Below, piece after piece: positions 40,679-49,399 of a DNA stretch of 64,000 bases. Under the pieces are notes generated by a model. The model saw only the letters and a list, made by a program, of their open reading frames with translations, ran no database searches and was not told the DNA's origin. Source of the stretch: an uncultured Bacillota bacterium (lineage in GTDB: Bacteria; Bacillota; DTU025; MWDF01); contig CAWGMK010000010.1 in assembly GCA_963823655.1 (NCBI GenBank), forward strand, positions 288,001-352,000, given 5' to 3'. A program made the translations under genes and the position numbers. Numbering within the stretch: the stretch's first letter is position 1; every line of letters starts with the position of its first letter.

Positions 40679-41797
40679 ATGAAGAGAACAATTCTAACCC
40701 TTGTTGTAATCGCCTTAGTAGCAAGCCTCGCGGCGATAGGCAATGCGGCCACAGTCATAAGAATCGGACTTTCTGCGCCGATAACCGGCAACTATGCCGA
40801 GTACGGCCAGAACTTCGAAGTCTCCGTAAGGATGGCAGTGGATGAGATCAACGCCAAGGGCGGCATCCGCGGCATGAAAGTCGAAGTAGTAGTCATGGAC
40901 TCAAAGAGCGACCCGAAAGAGGCCGCCCTCATAGCGCAGAAATTCGTCGACGATCCTACCATAGTAGCCGAAATCGGCGACTTCAGCAGCACAGCATGCC
41001 TGGCAGCAGCCCCGATCTATGAGCGCGCAGGCATGGTACAGCTATCACCCACAGCATCCAGCCCGCTGTTCGCGCCGTCAGGCGAGTACATGTTCGGCAT
41101 AGTAGGCACTCAGACCGACGAGGGCCCGTTCAACGCGAAGAACATCGCGCAGGACTATCTCGGTCTTAAGACGGTAGCCACCCTCTACATAAACAATGAC
41201 TGGGGCAAAGTGACCAACTCCACATTCGTAGAAGCAGCGAAGAAGATCAACCTCAACGTAGTAACCGAGCAGTTCTTCATGGACTCAGAGAAGGATTTCA
41301 CAGCAGTGCTCACCAAGATCCGCCAGCTGAACCCTGACGGAATATTCTTGGCAGCCATGTACAATGAGGCCTCAGCCATAGCCCGCCAGATCCAGAAGAT
41401 GGGCTGGAAGGTAAAGCTGTCGGCTCCCAGCTCGGTATTCTCAAGCCAGCTCATAGCGCTCGGCGGCGACGCCGTCGAAGGCCTGGTAACCAACACGTTC
41501 TTCGTACTTACCGATCCCAACCCCGTCGTCCAGAAGTACATCAAGGACTTCGAAGCAAGGGCCAAGAGATACCCCAACCTCCACGCCGCCTGCGCATATG
41601 ACGCAGCATACCTGTTGGCCGCAGCAATCGAGAAGGGTGGCCTCGATCGCAAGGCAATCAGGGATGTCCTGGCAGTGACCAAGGGCTTCAAAGGCGTCAC
41701 CGGAGAGATAACCTTCACAGCAGTTGGTGACGTCGTCCGTTCGTACAAGATACTTGCCGTCGAAAAGGGCGAGTGGGTAATCAAGAAGGACAACTAA
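40679..41797 (+). CDS. Liv/HAAT-family ABC transporter substrate-binding protein
   Basis: Signal peptide without lipobox, IGLSAPITG, INAKGGI.G, NNDWG, YDA, FKGVTGEITF. Confidence 0.92.
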   Translation: MKRTILTLVVIALVASLAAIGNAATVIRIGLSAPITGNYAEYGQNFEVSVRMAVDEINAKGGIRGMKVEVVVMDSKSDPKEAALIAQKFVDDPTIVAEIGDFSSTACLAAAPIYERAGMVQLSPTASSPLFAPSGEYMFGIVGTQTDEGPFNAKNIAQDYLGLKTVATLYINNDWGKVTNSTFVEAAKKINLNVVTEQFFMDSEKDFTAVLTKIRQLNPDGIFLAAMYNEASAIARQIQKMGWKVKLSAPSSVFSSQLIALGGDAVEGLVTNTFFVLTDPNPVVQKYIKDFEARAKRYPNLHAACAYDAAYLLAAAIEKGGLDRKAIRDVLAVTKGFKGVTGEITFTAVGDVVRSYKILAVEKGEWVIKKDN

Positions 41798-41812
41798 CAT
41801 CGATCTCGCCCA

Positions 41813-41850
41813 AATCCTGCGGGCAGCAGCGATCCTGCGCCCGCAGGATT
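41813..41850 (+). other. Stem-loop after the SBP gene, probable mRNA stabiliser
   Basis: AATCCTGCGGGC...GCCCGCAGGATT with no U-tail. Confidence 0.55.
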
Positions 41851-41876
41851 CCTAATTGCAAGAAGGCGGTGAGCCA

Positions 41877-42749
41877 ATGTTCTTCCTGCAGCAACTTGTA
41901 AACGGCCTTGCCCAGGGCTCGATCTATTCCCTAATGGCAATAGGCCTCGCGATGATAATCGGTGTAGTCGGGCTGGTCAGCTTCGTAAACGGCGAAGTCA
42001 TCATGGTGGGGGCGGTTGCGTCCTACCTTGCGATCACCTACATAACCCCCAACCCGGTACTTGCTTTGCTTATGGGCATGCTGGCCTCGGCGGTCATGGG
42101 AGTGGCAGTCGAGTACATCTGCTACAGGCCTTTCAGAAGGTCGAAGACCAATAACGCGCTCATTGCGACCATCGGGCTTTCGATATTCGCAAAGAGCCTC
42201 ATGCAGGTAATATTCGGCACAGAGCAGAAGTTCATGCCGGACCTGCTGGGAACGAATGTGATAATTATCGGGGATCTGAGGATAAGCTACGTCCAGGTGA
42301 TGATAATAGCGATTGTCGTCGGCCTGAGCGTGCTTCTCCAGCTCATCCTCTACAGGACCAGGACGGGGGTAGCCCTGAGGGCCGTGTCGATGGACAAGAC
42401 GGCCGCGGCGCTTCTTGGCGTTAACGTGGACCGGACGGTCCTCATAGGTAACGCCATAGGCTGTGCGCTAGGAGGGGTATCCGGAGTCTTGATCGGCATA
42501 TACTACAATTCCGTGTACGCGCTACTGGGCGCAAGCGTGGCCATGAAGGCGTTCGCAGCCGTCGTATTCGGAGGGCTCACCAGCATACCGGGGGCCGCTC
42601 TTGGCGGGCTTGTGCTGGGAGTAGTAGAGAATATGGCCGTTACGATATTCTCATCTGGCTATAAGGATATCGTAGCGTTCATAGTGATCATCATAGTGCT
42701 AGTCATCAGGCCTTCGGGCATCCTGGGACGCAAAGGGGTGAGCATCTGA
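41877..42749 (+). CDS. livH: Liv-type ABC permease (LivH-like)
   Basis: QQLVNGL..GSIY.L.A.GL, G.ALRAVS.D..AA.LLGVN, KAFAAVVFGG. Confidence 0.9.
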   Translation: MFFLQQLVNGLAQGSIYSLMAIGLAMIIGVVGLVSFVNGEVIMVGAVASYLAITYITPNPVLALLMGMLASAVMGVAVEYICYRPFRRSKTNNALIATIGLSIFAKSLMQVIFGTEQKFMPDLLGTNVIIIGDLRISYVQVMIIAIVVGLSVLLQLILYRTRTGVALRAVSMDKTAAALLGVNVDRTVLIGNAIGCALGGVSGVLIGIYYNSVYALLGASVAMKAFAAVVFGGLTSIPGAALGGLVLGVVENMAVTIFSSGYKDIVAFIVIIIVLVIRPSGILGRKGVSI

Positions 42750-42750
42750 C

Positions 42751-43731
42751 ATGAAGAGGACGAAGCTCATCTACATCGGCCTTCTGCTTGCGGCCTTGAT
42801 TCTTATCGGGGCCTTCCCGAAGTTCGCCGGGTCCAATTACATACTTAGAGTCGCAATACTGTCGATGATAAATGTGGCGCTTGTCGGCAGCCTGAACCTG
42901 GTAAACGGCTATATCGGCCAGTTCAACCTGAGCCATGTGGGCTTCTACTGCGTCGGCGCCTACACCGCAGCCATACTCTCTACCAGGTACAACTACAGCT
43001 TCTGGCTTCTGCTTCCCCTATCGGGGCTTATGGCGGCGGCAGTCAGTATGATATTGGGCGTGCCCACTTTAAGGCTCAAGGGCATATTCTTCACGATAAC
43101 GACGCTCGGCTTCTCCGAGATAATCAGGATGACGGTGCTCAACTGGGAGTCGCTCACCCGCGGGACCATGGGAATACCCGGAATACCGTTCCCGGTGCTC
43201 TTCGGCATGAAACTCAAAAGCAACGCCCAGTTCTACTGGATAATATTCGGGATAGTGATAGTGCTTTATATCAGCAATTATCTGCTCATGAACTCGAGGA
43301 TCGGCAGGGCGTGGATCGCCATCAGGGAGGACGAAGGTGCTGCCCGCTCCATGGGGGTCGAAACCTACAAGTACAAGCTGATGAACCTCGCGATTAGCGC
43401 CTTCTGGGCAGGCGTGGTCGGCTGCTTCTACTCCTTCTTCAGCGCCTACGTCAGCGCCGACAGCTTCAAGCTTGACGAGAGCTTCTCTATGGTCGCTATG
43501 CTCCTAGTCGGCGGCCAGGGCACGATGCTTGGCCCCGCGATAGGGGCTATAGTGCTTACCGTGCTGCCCGAGGTCTTCAGGAGCCTGGTTGAATACAGGC
43601 TCGTCATATTCGGAGCTGCGATAGTCCTGATGATACTGCTAAGGCCCCAGGGCATAGTCGGGGGGCTAAGGCTTGCAAACTTCCAGCTTCCTGTCACAAA
43701 AGTCGGCAGGGTAAGGAAGGGGGCGGCGTGA
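42751..43731 (+). CDS. livM: Liv-type ABC permease (LivM-like)
   Basis: LNLVNGYIGQ, GRAWIAIREDE.AA.SMG, GG.GT..G, RPQG. Confidence 0.9.
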   Translation: MKRTKLIYIGLLLAALILIGAFPKFAGSNYILRVAILSMINVALVGSLNLVNGYIGQFNLSHVGFYCVGAYTAAILSTRYNYSFWLLLPLSGLMAAAVSMILGVPTLRLKGIFFTITTLGFSEIIRMTVLNWESLTRGTMGIPGIPFPVLFGMKLKSNAQFYWIIFGIVIVLYISNYLLMNSRIGRAWIAIREDEGAARSMGVETYKYKLMNLAISAFWAGVVGCFYSFFSAYVSADSFKLDESFSMVAMLLVGGQGTMLGPAIGAIVLTVLPEVFRSLVEYRLVIFGAAIVLMILLRPQGIVGGLRLANFQLPVTKVGRVRKGAA

Positions 43732-44543
43732 TGGAGCATCAGGGAAAGGTAATACTTGAGGCAAAGGGCCTGTGCCGCTTCTTCGGCGGGCTAAAAGCCG
43801 TTAACAATGTGGATGTCAAAGTGGAAGAGGGCATGATCCACGGGATAATCGGGCCCAACGGCGCGGGCAAGACCACTTTCTTCAACGTCCTCACCGGCAC
43901 TTACCCCGCATCCGCCGGGGAAGTCCTGTATCTGGGCGATAAAATCACAAACAAAGCCCCGGAGCATATAACCCGGCTTGGCATAGCCAGGACGTTCCAG
44001 AACATCAAGCTCTTCAAGAACATGACCGTCCTGGAGAATGTGAAGATAGGCTTCCACGTCCATACGGGAACCGGGCTTGCAGACGCGCTGCTTCGCACCC
44101 CCAAATGCAGAAGGGATGAGAAGTTCGCAACCGAGAAGGGCCTCGAGATCCTGAAAAGGGTAGGGCTTGACGCCCACGCGGACGACATTGCCACGAGCCT
44201 CCCCTACGGCGACCAGCGCAGGCTCGAGATAGCAAGGGCCCTTGCGACGGCGCCGAAGCTTCTCCTCTTGGACGAGCCGGCTGCGGGTATGAACCCCATG
44301 GAGACGGCACGCCTTATGGATTTCATCAGGCAGCTAAAGGGCGAGGGCTTAACTATAGTAGTCATCGAGCACGACATGAAGCTCATCATGAATATCTGCG
44401 ACAGGATAACCGTAATCAGCTACGGCGAGAAGATCGCCGAGGGCACGGCCGCCGAAATCCAGTCGAATCCCGCTGTAATAGAGGCGTATCTGGGCAAACG
44501 CGGCAATCTCAGGGCGAGGAAGGGGGCCGTCAAGGATGCTTAA
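43728..44543 (+). CDS. livG: Liv-type ABC ATPase (LivG-like)
   Basis: FGGLKAV, GPNGAGKTT, RTFQN, LPYG, LDEPAAG, IEHDM. Confidence 0.92.
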   Translation: MMEHQGKVILEAKGLCRFFGGLKAVNNVDVKVEEGMIHGIIGPNGAGKTTFFNVLTGTYPASAGEVLYLGDKITNKAPEHITRLGIARTFQNIKLFKNMTVLENVKIGFHVHTGTGLADALLRTPKCRRDEKFATEKGLEILKRVGLDAHADDIATSLPYGDQRRLEIARALATAPKLLLLDEPAAGMNPMETARLMDFIRQLKGEGLTIVVIEHDMKLIMNICDRITVISYGEKIAEGTAAEIQSNPAVIEAYLGKRGNLRARKGAVKDA

Positions 44544-45246
44544 AGTAGAGGCCCTCAAGGTAAGATACGGGGCGATCGAAGCGGTCAAAGGCGTTGACAT
44601 ACAAGTTAACGACGGCGAGATAGTGACGCTCATCGGATCAAACGGCGCCGGCAAAAGCAGCACCCTGATGGCTATTTCGAACCTCGTAAGAAAGACCGGC
44701 AAAGTAAGCTTCGACGATACTGACATAAGCGCGCTGGAGCCGAGCCTGATAGTTAAGAAGGGCATCTGCCACGTGCCTGAAGGACGCCATATATTCCCCT
44801 TCCTGACGGTCGAGGAGAACCTTGTGATGGGGGATTTCGGCAACACCGATGGATCCAAGGACAGGGTCAAGGACAACATGGACCATGTCTTCGAACTCTT
44901 CCCCCGGCTTAAGGAAAGGCGCCGCCAGAACGGCGGAACGCTCTCGGGCGGCGAGCAGCAGATGCTTGCAATCGGCAGAGGGCTTATGATGAACCCGAAG
45001 CTCATGATGCTCGACGAGCCCTCCCTTGGGCTGGCTCCCATGCTCGTCGACCAGATATTCGAGCTGATTTTGAAGATTAGGGACCACGGGAAGACGATAC
45101 TTCTCATTGAGCAGAATGCTAACATGGCTCTCCAGATTGCTGACAGGGCATATGTTATGGAGACCGGCGTGATAAGCATGAGCGGGCCCGCTGAAGAGCT
45201 GGCCGGCGACGAGAGAGTAATCAAGGCATACCTGGGCATCAATTAA
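44536..45246 (+). CDS. livF: Liv-type ABC ATPase (LivF-like)
   Basis: GSNGAGKS, VPEGR, LSGGEQQM, LDEPSLGLAP, EQN. Confidence 0.93.
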   Translation: MLKVEALKVRYGAIEAVKGVDIQVNDGEIVTLIGSNGAGKSSTLMAISNLVRKTGKVSFDDTDISALEPSLIVKKGICHVPEGRHIFPFLTVEENLVMGDFGNTDGSKDRVKDNMDHVFELFPRLKERRRQNGGTLSGGEQQMLAIGRGLMMNPKLMMLDEPSLGLAPMLVDQIFELILKIRDHGKTILLIEQNANMALQIADRAYVMETGVISMSGPAEELAGDERVIKAYLGIN

Positions 45247-45263
45247 CGAAAGGCGGTAAATTA

Positions 45264-45758
45264 ATGAGCATCAACAACGTAGCCAAGACCAAGGCGGACG
45301 AGAAGACACTTGATCTTAGAAACGCTTTCGAACACAGGGCGACATGGTTCTATTACCTTCTTGACGAGGCGGAGAAGGCGGGAGCAGACTGGGAGAAGAT
45401 CGGGCGCAACGCAATTTTCCGCTGCGGCTGCTTCCACGGCGACAACAAGTTTACGCCGACATCCGATCTAAAGAAGTTCGCAGGCGAGTTCGCCAACGAG
45501 AACGTGAAGAAGGTATTCGAGATGGACATCAAGGAGATGTCCGACGACAGGTTCTACGTAGAGTTCAACTTCTGCCCGCTAGTGGCGGGCTGGCTCAAGC
45601 AGACCAATGACGAGAAGAAGATCGAGACCCTCTGCGACATCGCCATGGACGGCGACCGCGGCATCATCAACGAGTTCCCGGGCTTCGAGTTCAAGCTGGG
45701 CGACACGATAGCCAAAGGCGGCAAGGTTTGCTGCGTAGAGGTAATAAAGAACAAGTAG
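45264..45758 (+). CDS. L-2-amino-thiazoline-4-carboxylate (ATC) hydrolase family protein
   Basis: EHRATW, AIFRCG, FNFCPLVAGW, LCDIAMDGD, TIAKGGKVC match the Cys pattern of this family as I recall it. Confidence 0.75.
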   Translation: MSINNVAKTKADEKTLDLRNAFEHRATWFYYLLDEAEKAGADWEKIGRNAIFRCGCFHGDNKFTPTSDLKKFAGEFANENVKKVFEMDIKEMSDDRFYVEFNFCPLVAGWLKQTNDEKKIETLCDIAMDGDRGIINEFPGFEFKLGDTIAKGGKVCCVEVIKNK

Positions 45759-45764
45759 GAGTGC

Positions 45765-47054
45765 TTGATGATAACAGTAAGGGAGTATCTTAAGAGGGAA
45801 ATGATGCCCTCTTTAGGCTGCACCGAGCCCGTCGCCGTGGCGCTTGCCGCGGCGCGGGCCTATAAGGCGCTTGAAGGGCGGCCGATCGACCGCATAGAGG
45901 TCGACATCAGTGACAGCATCTACAAAAACGGGATGGGAGTCGGAGTGCCGGGAGCAAACGGCAGGACCGGAAACGGCCTTGCAGCAGTGTTGGGGGCAAT
46001 TGCCGGCGACTCGTCGCTGGATATGCAAGTACTAAGGGATGTAAACGACGACGACGTCGAAAGGGCCCTGCAGATTCTTGCCGAGGGCAGGATGCAGCTC
46101 AACTGCCTTGAGGACGTGCACGGAGTTTACATACTCGTGAAGATAAAAGCAGCAGGCCACACAGCCGAGTGCAGGATCGAAGGGGAGCACAACAATATCG
46201 TATCGGTGAAGCTGGACGGAGTACAGATGCAGGAGAGGAAACAGCCCTTGCCCGGTAAGGCCGCTGAGGCTGACCCATTCCTGGAAGTGGAGTTCGAACA
46301 GCTTCTAGAGCTTGCAGACTGCCTTGAGCCCGAGGACATAGACGCTATCATGGATGGCGTGGAGATGAACCGCAAGATCGCTGCATACGGCCTTTCCGGA
46401 GGCCCGATGTCGGGGTTGGGCGTTGGTTCGGTCTTCAAGGATTTCTTCGAGCACACCCACCTCAACGAGGACCTTCTGTTTAGAATCCGGGCTGCCTGCA
46501 GCGCGGGCTCAGATGCCAGGATGGCAGGTTGCCCTTTGCCGGTCATGACGGTAGCAGGGAGCGGAAACCAGGGGATTACCTCCATGCTTTCGGTTGCCAT
46601 GCTGGCGGAATACTACGGCAAGAGCCGTGAAGAGATAGCGAAAGCCGTGATGGTCAGCATGCTGACGACAAGCTATGTAAGAAGCGTCATAGGCAGGGTG
46701 ACACCCATGTGCGGTTGCGTTGTAGGCGCAGGTTCGGGAGCCGCAGCCGGAATGACATATTTACTCAACGGCTCGATTGACCAGATAAAGCTATCGATGC
46801 AGACGATGATGTCCAATTTGGCCGGCATAGTTTGCGACGGGGCGAAGGGCACCTGCGCGCTTCGGGTAGGGACCGCCGTTACCGAGGCCTACCTTTCAGC
46901 TCTCATGGCCTGGCACTACAAAGGCGCGAGCAACGTGGAGGGCATCGCCGGAGTGACAATGGAACAGACAGCCCATAATGTTTCCATGCTCAACAAAGAG
47001 GGCATGAAAGAGATGGACAGGCTGATAATAGACATTATGGAGGAAGGCAAGTAG
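45765..47054 (+). CDS. L-cysteine desulfidase family (CyuA/YhaM, serine dehydratase alpha-like, Fe-S)
   Basis: LGCTEPVAVA, KNGMGVGVPG, SDARMAG..LPVM..GSGNQG, MCGC, GIVCDGAKGTCA. Confidence 0.88.
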   Translation: MMITVREYLKREMMPSLGCTEPVAVALAAARAYKALEGRPIDRIEVDISDSIYKNGMGVGVPGANGRTGNGLAAVLGAIAGDSSLDMQVLRDVNDDDVERALQILAEGRMQLNCLEDVHGVYILVKIKAAGHTAECRIEGEHNNIVSVKLDGVQMQERKQPLPGKAAEADPFLEVEFEQLLELADCLEPEDIDAIMDGVEMNRKIAAYGLSGGPMSGLGVGSVFKDFFEHTHLNEDLLFRIRAACSAGSDARMAGCPLPVMTVAGSGNQGITSMLSVAMLAEYYGKSREEIAKAVMVSMLTTSYVRSVIGRVTPMCGCVVGAGSGAAAGMTYLLNGSIDQIKLSMQTMMSNLAGIVCDGAKGTCALRVGTAVTEAYLSALMAWHYKGASNVEGIAGVTMEQTAHNVSMLNKEGMKEMDRLIIDIMEEGK

Positions 47055-47081
47055 ATTGCCGCCCTCACCGGAGGACCGGAC

Positions 47082-48077
47082 ATGAAGAAGATAATCGACA
47101 GCCCGGAAAGAATAGTGGATACAATGCTCAACGGCATCGCCTTCTCTCACTCAGGGAAGGTAGCAAGGCTTGAGGGCTTCAACGTAATAGTCAGGAAGAA
47201 TCATAACGACAACAAAGTATCCCTTATAAGCGGCGGAGGATCCGGGCATGAGCCCGCGCACGCGGGCTTCGTAGGCCGCGGAATGCTGGATGCCGCAGTG
47301 GCAGGCGAGGTATTCACCTCTCCCACGCCGGACCAGGTGTTGGCTGCTTTAAAGGCAGTGGCCAGCTCAAAAGGCTCGCTACTGATCATCAAGAACTACT
47401 CGGGAGACGTAATGAACTTCGAGATGGCCGCAGAGATTGCAGAGATGGAAGGGCTCAAAGTGGCCAAAGTCATTGTAAATGACGATGTGGCCGTGATGAA
47501 CAGCACTTATACGACAGGCAGGCGCGGCATAGCGGGAACAGTGTTCGTCCATAAGGTGGCGGGGGCCAAAGCGGAGCTCGGAGGAAGCCTGGAGGAAGTA
47601 GCCGCGGTAGCCTGCAAAGTAATTGCAAACACCAGGAGCAAGGGCTGTGCGCTTGCTCCGTGCATAGTGCCCGCGGTGGGAAGGCCTACATTCACCCTTG
47701 CTGAAGACGAGATGGAAATAGGCCTTGGCATCCACGGGGAGCCGGGCGTAAAGCGTGTCTCCATGATGAGCGCAGAACAGATAGCCCAGGATCTTGCAGG
47801 CTCCTGCGCCGACGACCTAAAGCTTACAGACGGCGAATCGGTGGCGGTCCTGATAAACGGGCTCGGATCGACGCCCCTTATGGAGCTCTATATTCTTGCC
47901 GCCAGGGTTGGCGATTACCTCAAAGCAATTGGAGTTAGCGCCCCAAGGGTTTACGTCAAGGAGTTCATGACATCGCTTGAGATGGCAGGCGCCTCCGTAA
48001 GCCTGATGAGGCTGGATGATGAGATATTATGCCTTCTGGACAAGCCCTGCGATACGCCCGCCTGGACGCAGTTCTAG
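47082..48077 (+). CDS. dhaK: Dihydroxyacetone kinase subunit K, copy 2 (canonical)
   Basis: GGGSGHEPAHAG, FTSPTPDQ, KNYSGD, STYTTGRRGIAG, GIHGEPG, TSLEMAG. Confidence 0.93.
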   Translation: MKKIIDSPERIVDTMLNGIAFSHSGKVARLEGFNVIVRKNHNDNKVSLISGGGSGHEPAHAGFVGRGMLDAAVAGEVFTSPTPDQVLAALKAVASSKGSLLIIKNYSGDVMNFEMAAEIAEMEGLKVAKVIVNDDVAVMNSTYTTGRRGIAGTVFVHKVAGAKAELGGSLEEVAAVACKVIANTRSKGCALAPCIVPAVGRPTFTLAEDEMEIGLGIHGEPGVKRVSMMSAEQIAQDLAGSCADDLKLTDGESVAVLINGLGSTPLMELYILAARVGDYLKAIGVSAPRVYVKEFMTSLEMAGASVSLMRLDDEILCLLDKPCDTPAWTQF

Positions 48078-48090
48078 GCAGGTGGATAGG

Positions 48091-48732
48091 ATGCAGATTA
48101 CTTCCAAAGACCTAATAAAGATGCTTGAGGCGATGCGCCAAACCATCGCCGGGCACAAAGATTACCTTACGGAGCTAGACGCTGCGATCGGAGACGCGGA
48201 CCACGGGATAAACATGGACAGGGGGTTCGCAGCCGTCGTGGCCAAGCTAGTGACCCTCGAGGGCGCATGCTGCGGCACTGTGCTCAAGACGGCCGGGATG
48301 ACTTTGCTTTCCACTGTAGGCGGGGCGTCCGGGCCATTGTACGGCACGGCATTCATGTATGCGGGCAACGCTGTCATGGGAAAGTACGAGCTCGGAGCCG
48401 AGGATGCGGCAAAGGCGGTCGACGCTGCAGTCCAGGGCGTCATGAAAAGAGGCTCTGCCGTGGCGGGCGATAAGACTATGGTGGACACGCTGCTTCCGGT
48501 CTCGCAGTATATGGGCAGCGAGGAGTATCTAAAGGCAGATAGCTTCGATGCGATGCAGAAGGTGCTTATGATCGCTGAAGACGGCATGAACTCGACGGGA
48601 GGGCTTACTGCAAAGCGCGGCAGGGCGAGCTTTCTAGGAGAGCGCAGCGCAGGGCACCTGGATCCGGGCGCCGTTTCCAGCTACCTTCTTATAGGCGCCG
48701 CAGTGCGCCTTCTGGGCGGTGATCGCTTTTGA
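48091..48732 (+). CDS. dhaL: Dihydroxyacetone kinase subunit L, copy 2 (canonical)
   Basis: LTELDAAIGDADHGINM.RGF, GGASGPLYG, GDKTMVD, GRASFLGERS.GHLDPGA. Confidence 0.93.
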   Translation: MQITSKDLIKMLEAMRQTIAGHKDYLTELDAAIGDADHGINMDRGFAAVVAKLVTLEGACCGTVLKTAGMTLLSTVGGASGPLYGTAFMYAGNAVMGKYELGAEDAAKAVDAAVQGVMKRGSAVAGDKTMVDTLLPVSQYMGSEEYLKADSFDAMQKVLMIAEDGMNSTGGLTAKRGRASFLGERSAGHLDPGAVSSYLLIGAAVRLLGGDRF

Positions 48733-49121
48733 TCGGCATACTGATAGTGTCCCACAGCAGGAAAGTCGCCGAAGGCGCAAGGGAAATGGCCCTTGCGATG
48801 ACCGGAGGGGAAGTTGAGATAATCGCCGCCGGCGGAACGGCAGACGGTGGGCTTGGCACGGATTACGAGGCGATTTTCAATGGCATGAGCAAGCTTGCCG
48901 CATGTGGCGGGGGAGCAGTCCTCATGGACCTCGGAAGCGCTGTAATGAGCGTGCAGGCGGCGCTTGAGCAGTTGGGGGACGACCGAGACAAGATCGTTCT
49001 ACTGGATGCCCCATTGGTTGAAGGGGCCGTCGTAGTGGCCGTACAGGCATCGCTTGGCAGCGGCTTAGCGGAGCTTAAAGAAGTAGCCCAAGGGGCTTGG
49101 GGAATGCGCAAGCTAATTTAA
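48729..49121 (+). CDS. dhaM: DHA kinase phosphotransferase subunit (EIIA-Man-like)
   Basis: GILIVSHS, AGGT.DG.LGT, DLGSA, DAPLVEGA. Confidence 0.92.
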   Translation: MIGILIVSHSRKVAEGAREMALAMTGGEVEIIAAGGTADGGLGTDYEAIFNGMSKLAACGGGAVLMDLGSAVMSVQAALEQLGDDRDKIVLLDAPLVEGAVVVAVQASLGSGLAELKEVAQGAWGMRKLI

Positions 49122-49133
49122 GGAGGGCCCGTT

Positions 49134-49397
49134 TTGCTGGAGAAAACCGTAGTAGTAGGCGGCAAGGAGGGCCTTCACGCAAGGCCTGCGGCTGCTTTTG
49201 TCAAGGCGGCATCGAAGTTCAAATGCAAGGTCTCCTTGAACCATAAGGGCAGAAGCATAAACGCCAAGAGCACTATAGACATGATGATGTCTGCAGCATC
49301 CGAGGGGGATCTGATCATCATCCGAACTGACGGCGAGGACGAAGAAGCCGCCATGGGCAGCCTGTCCATTCTTATCGAAGGAAAGGCCGGTCAATAG
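49134..49397 (+). CDS. ptsH: HPr-family phosphocarrier
   Basis: GLHARPAA, NAKS, G.DEE.A. Confidence 0.9.
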   Translation: MLEKTVVVGGKEGLHARPAAAFVKAASKFKCKVSLNHKGRSINAKSTIDMMMSAASEGDLIIIRTDGEDEEAAMGSLSILIEGKAGQ

Positions 49398-49399
49398 CC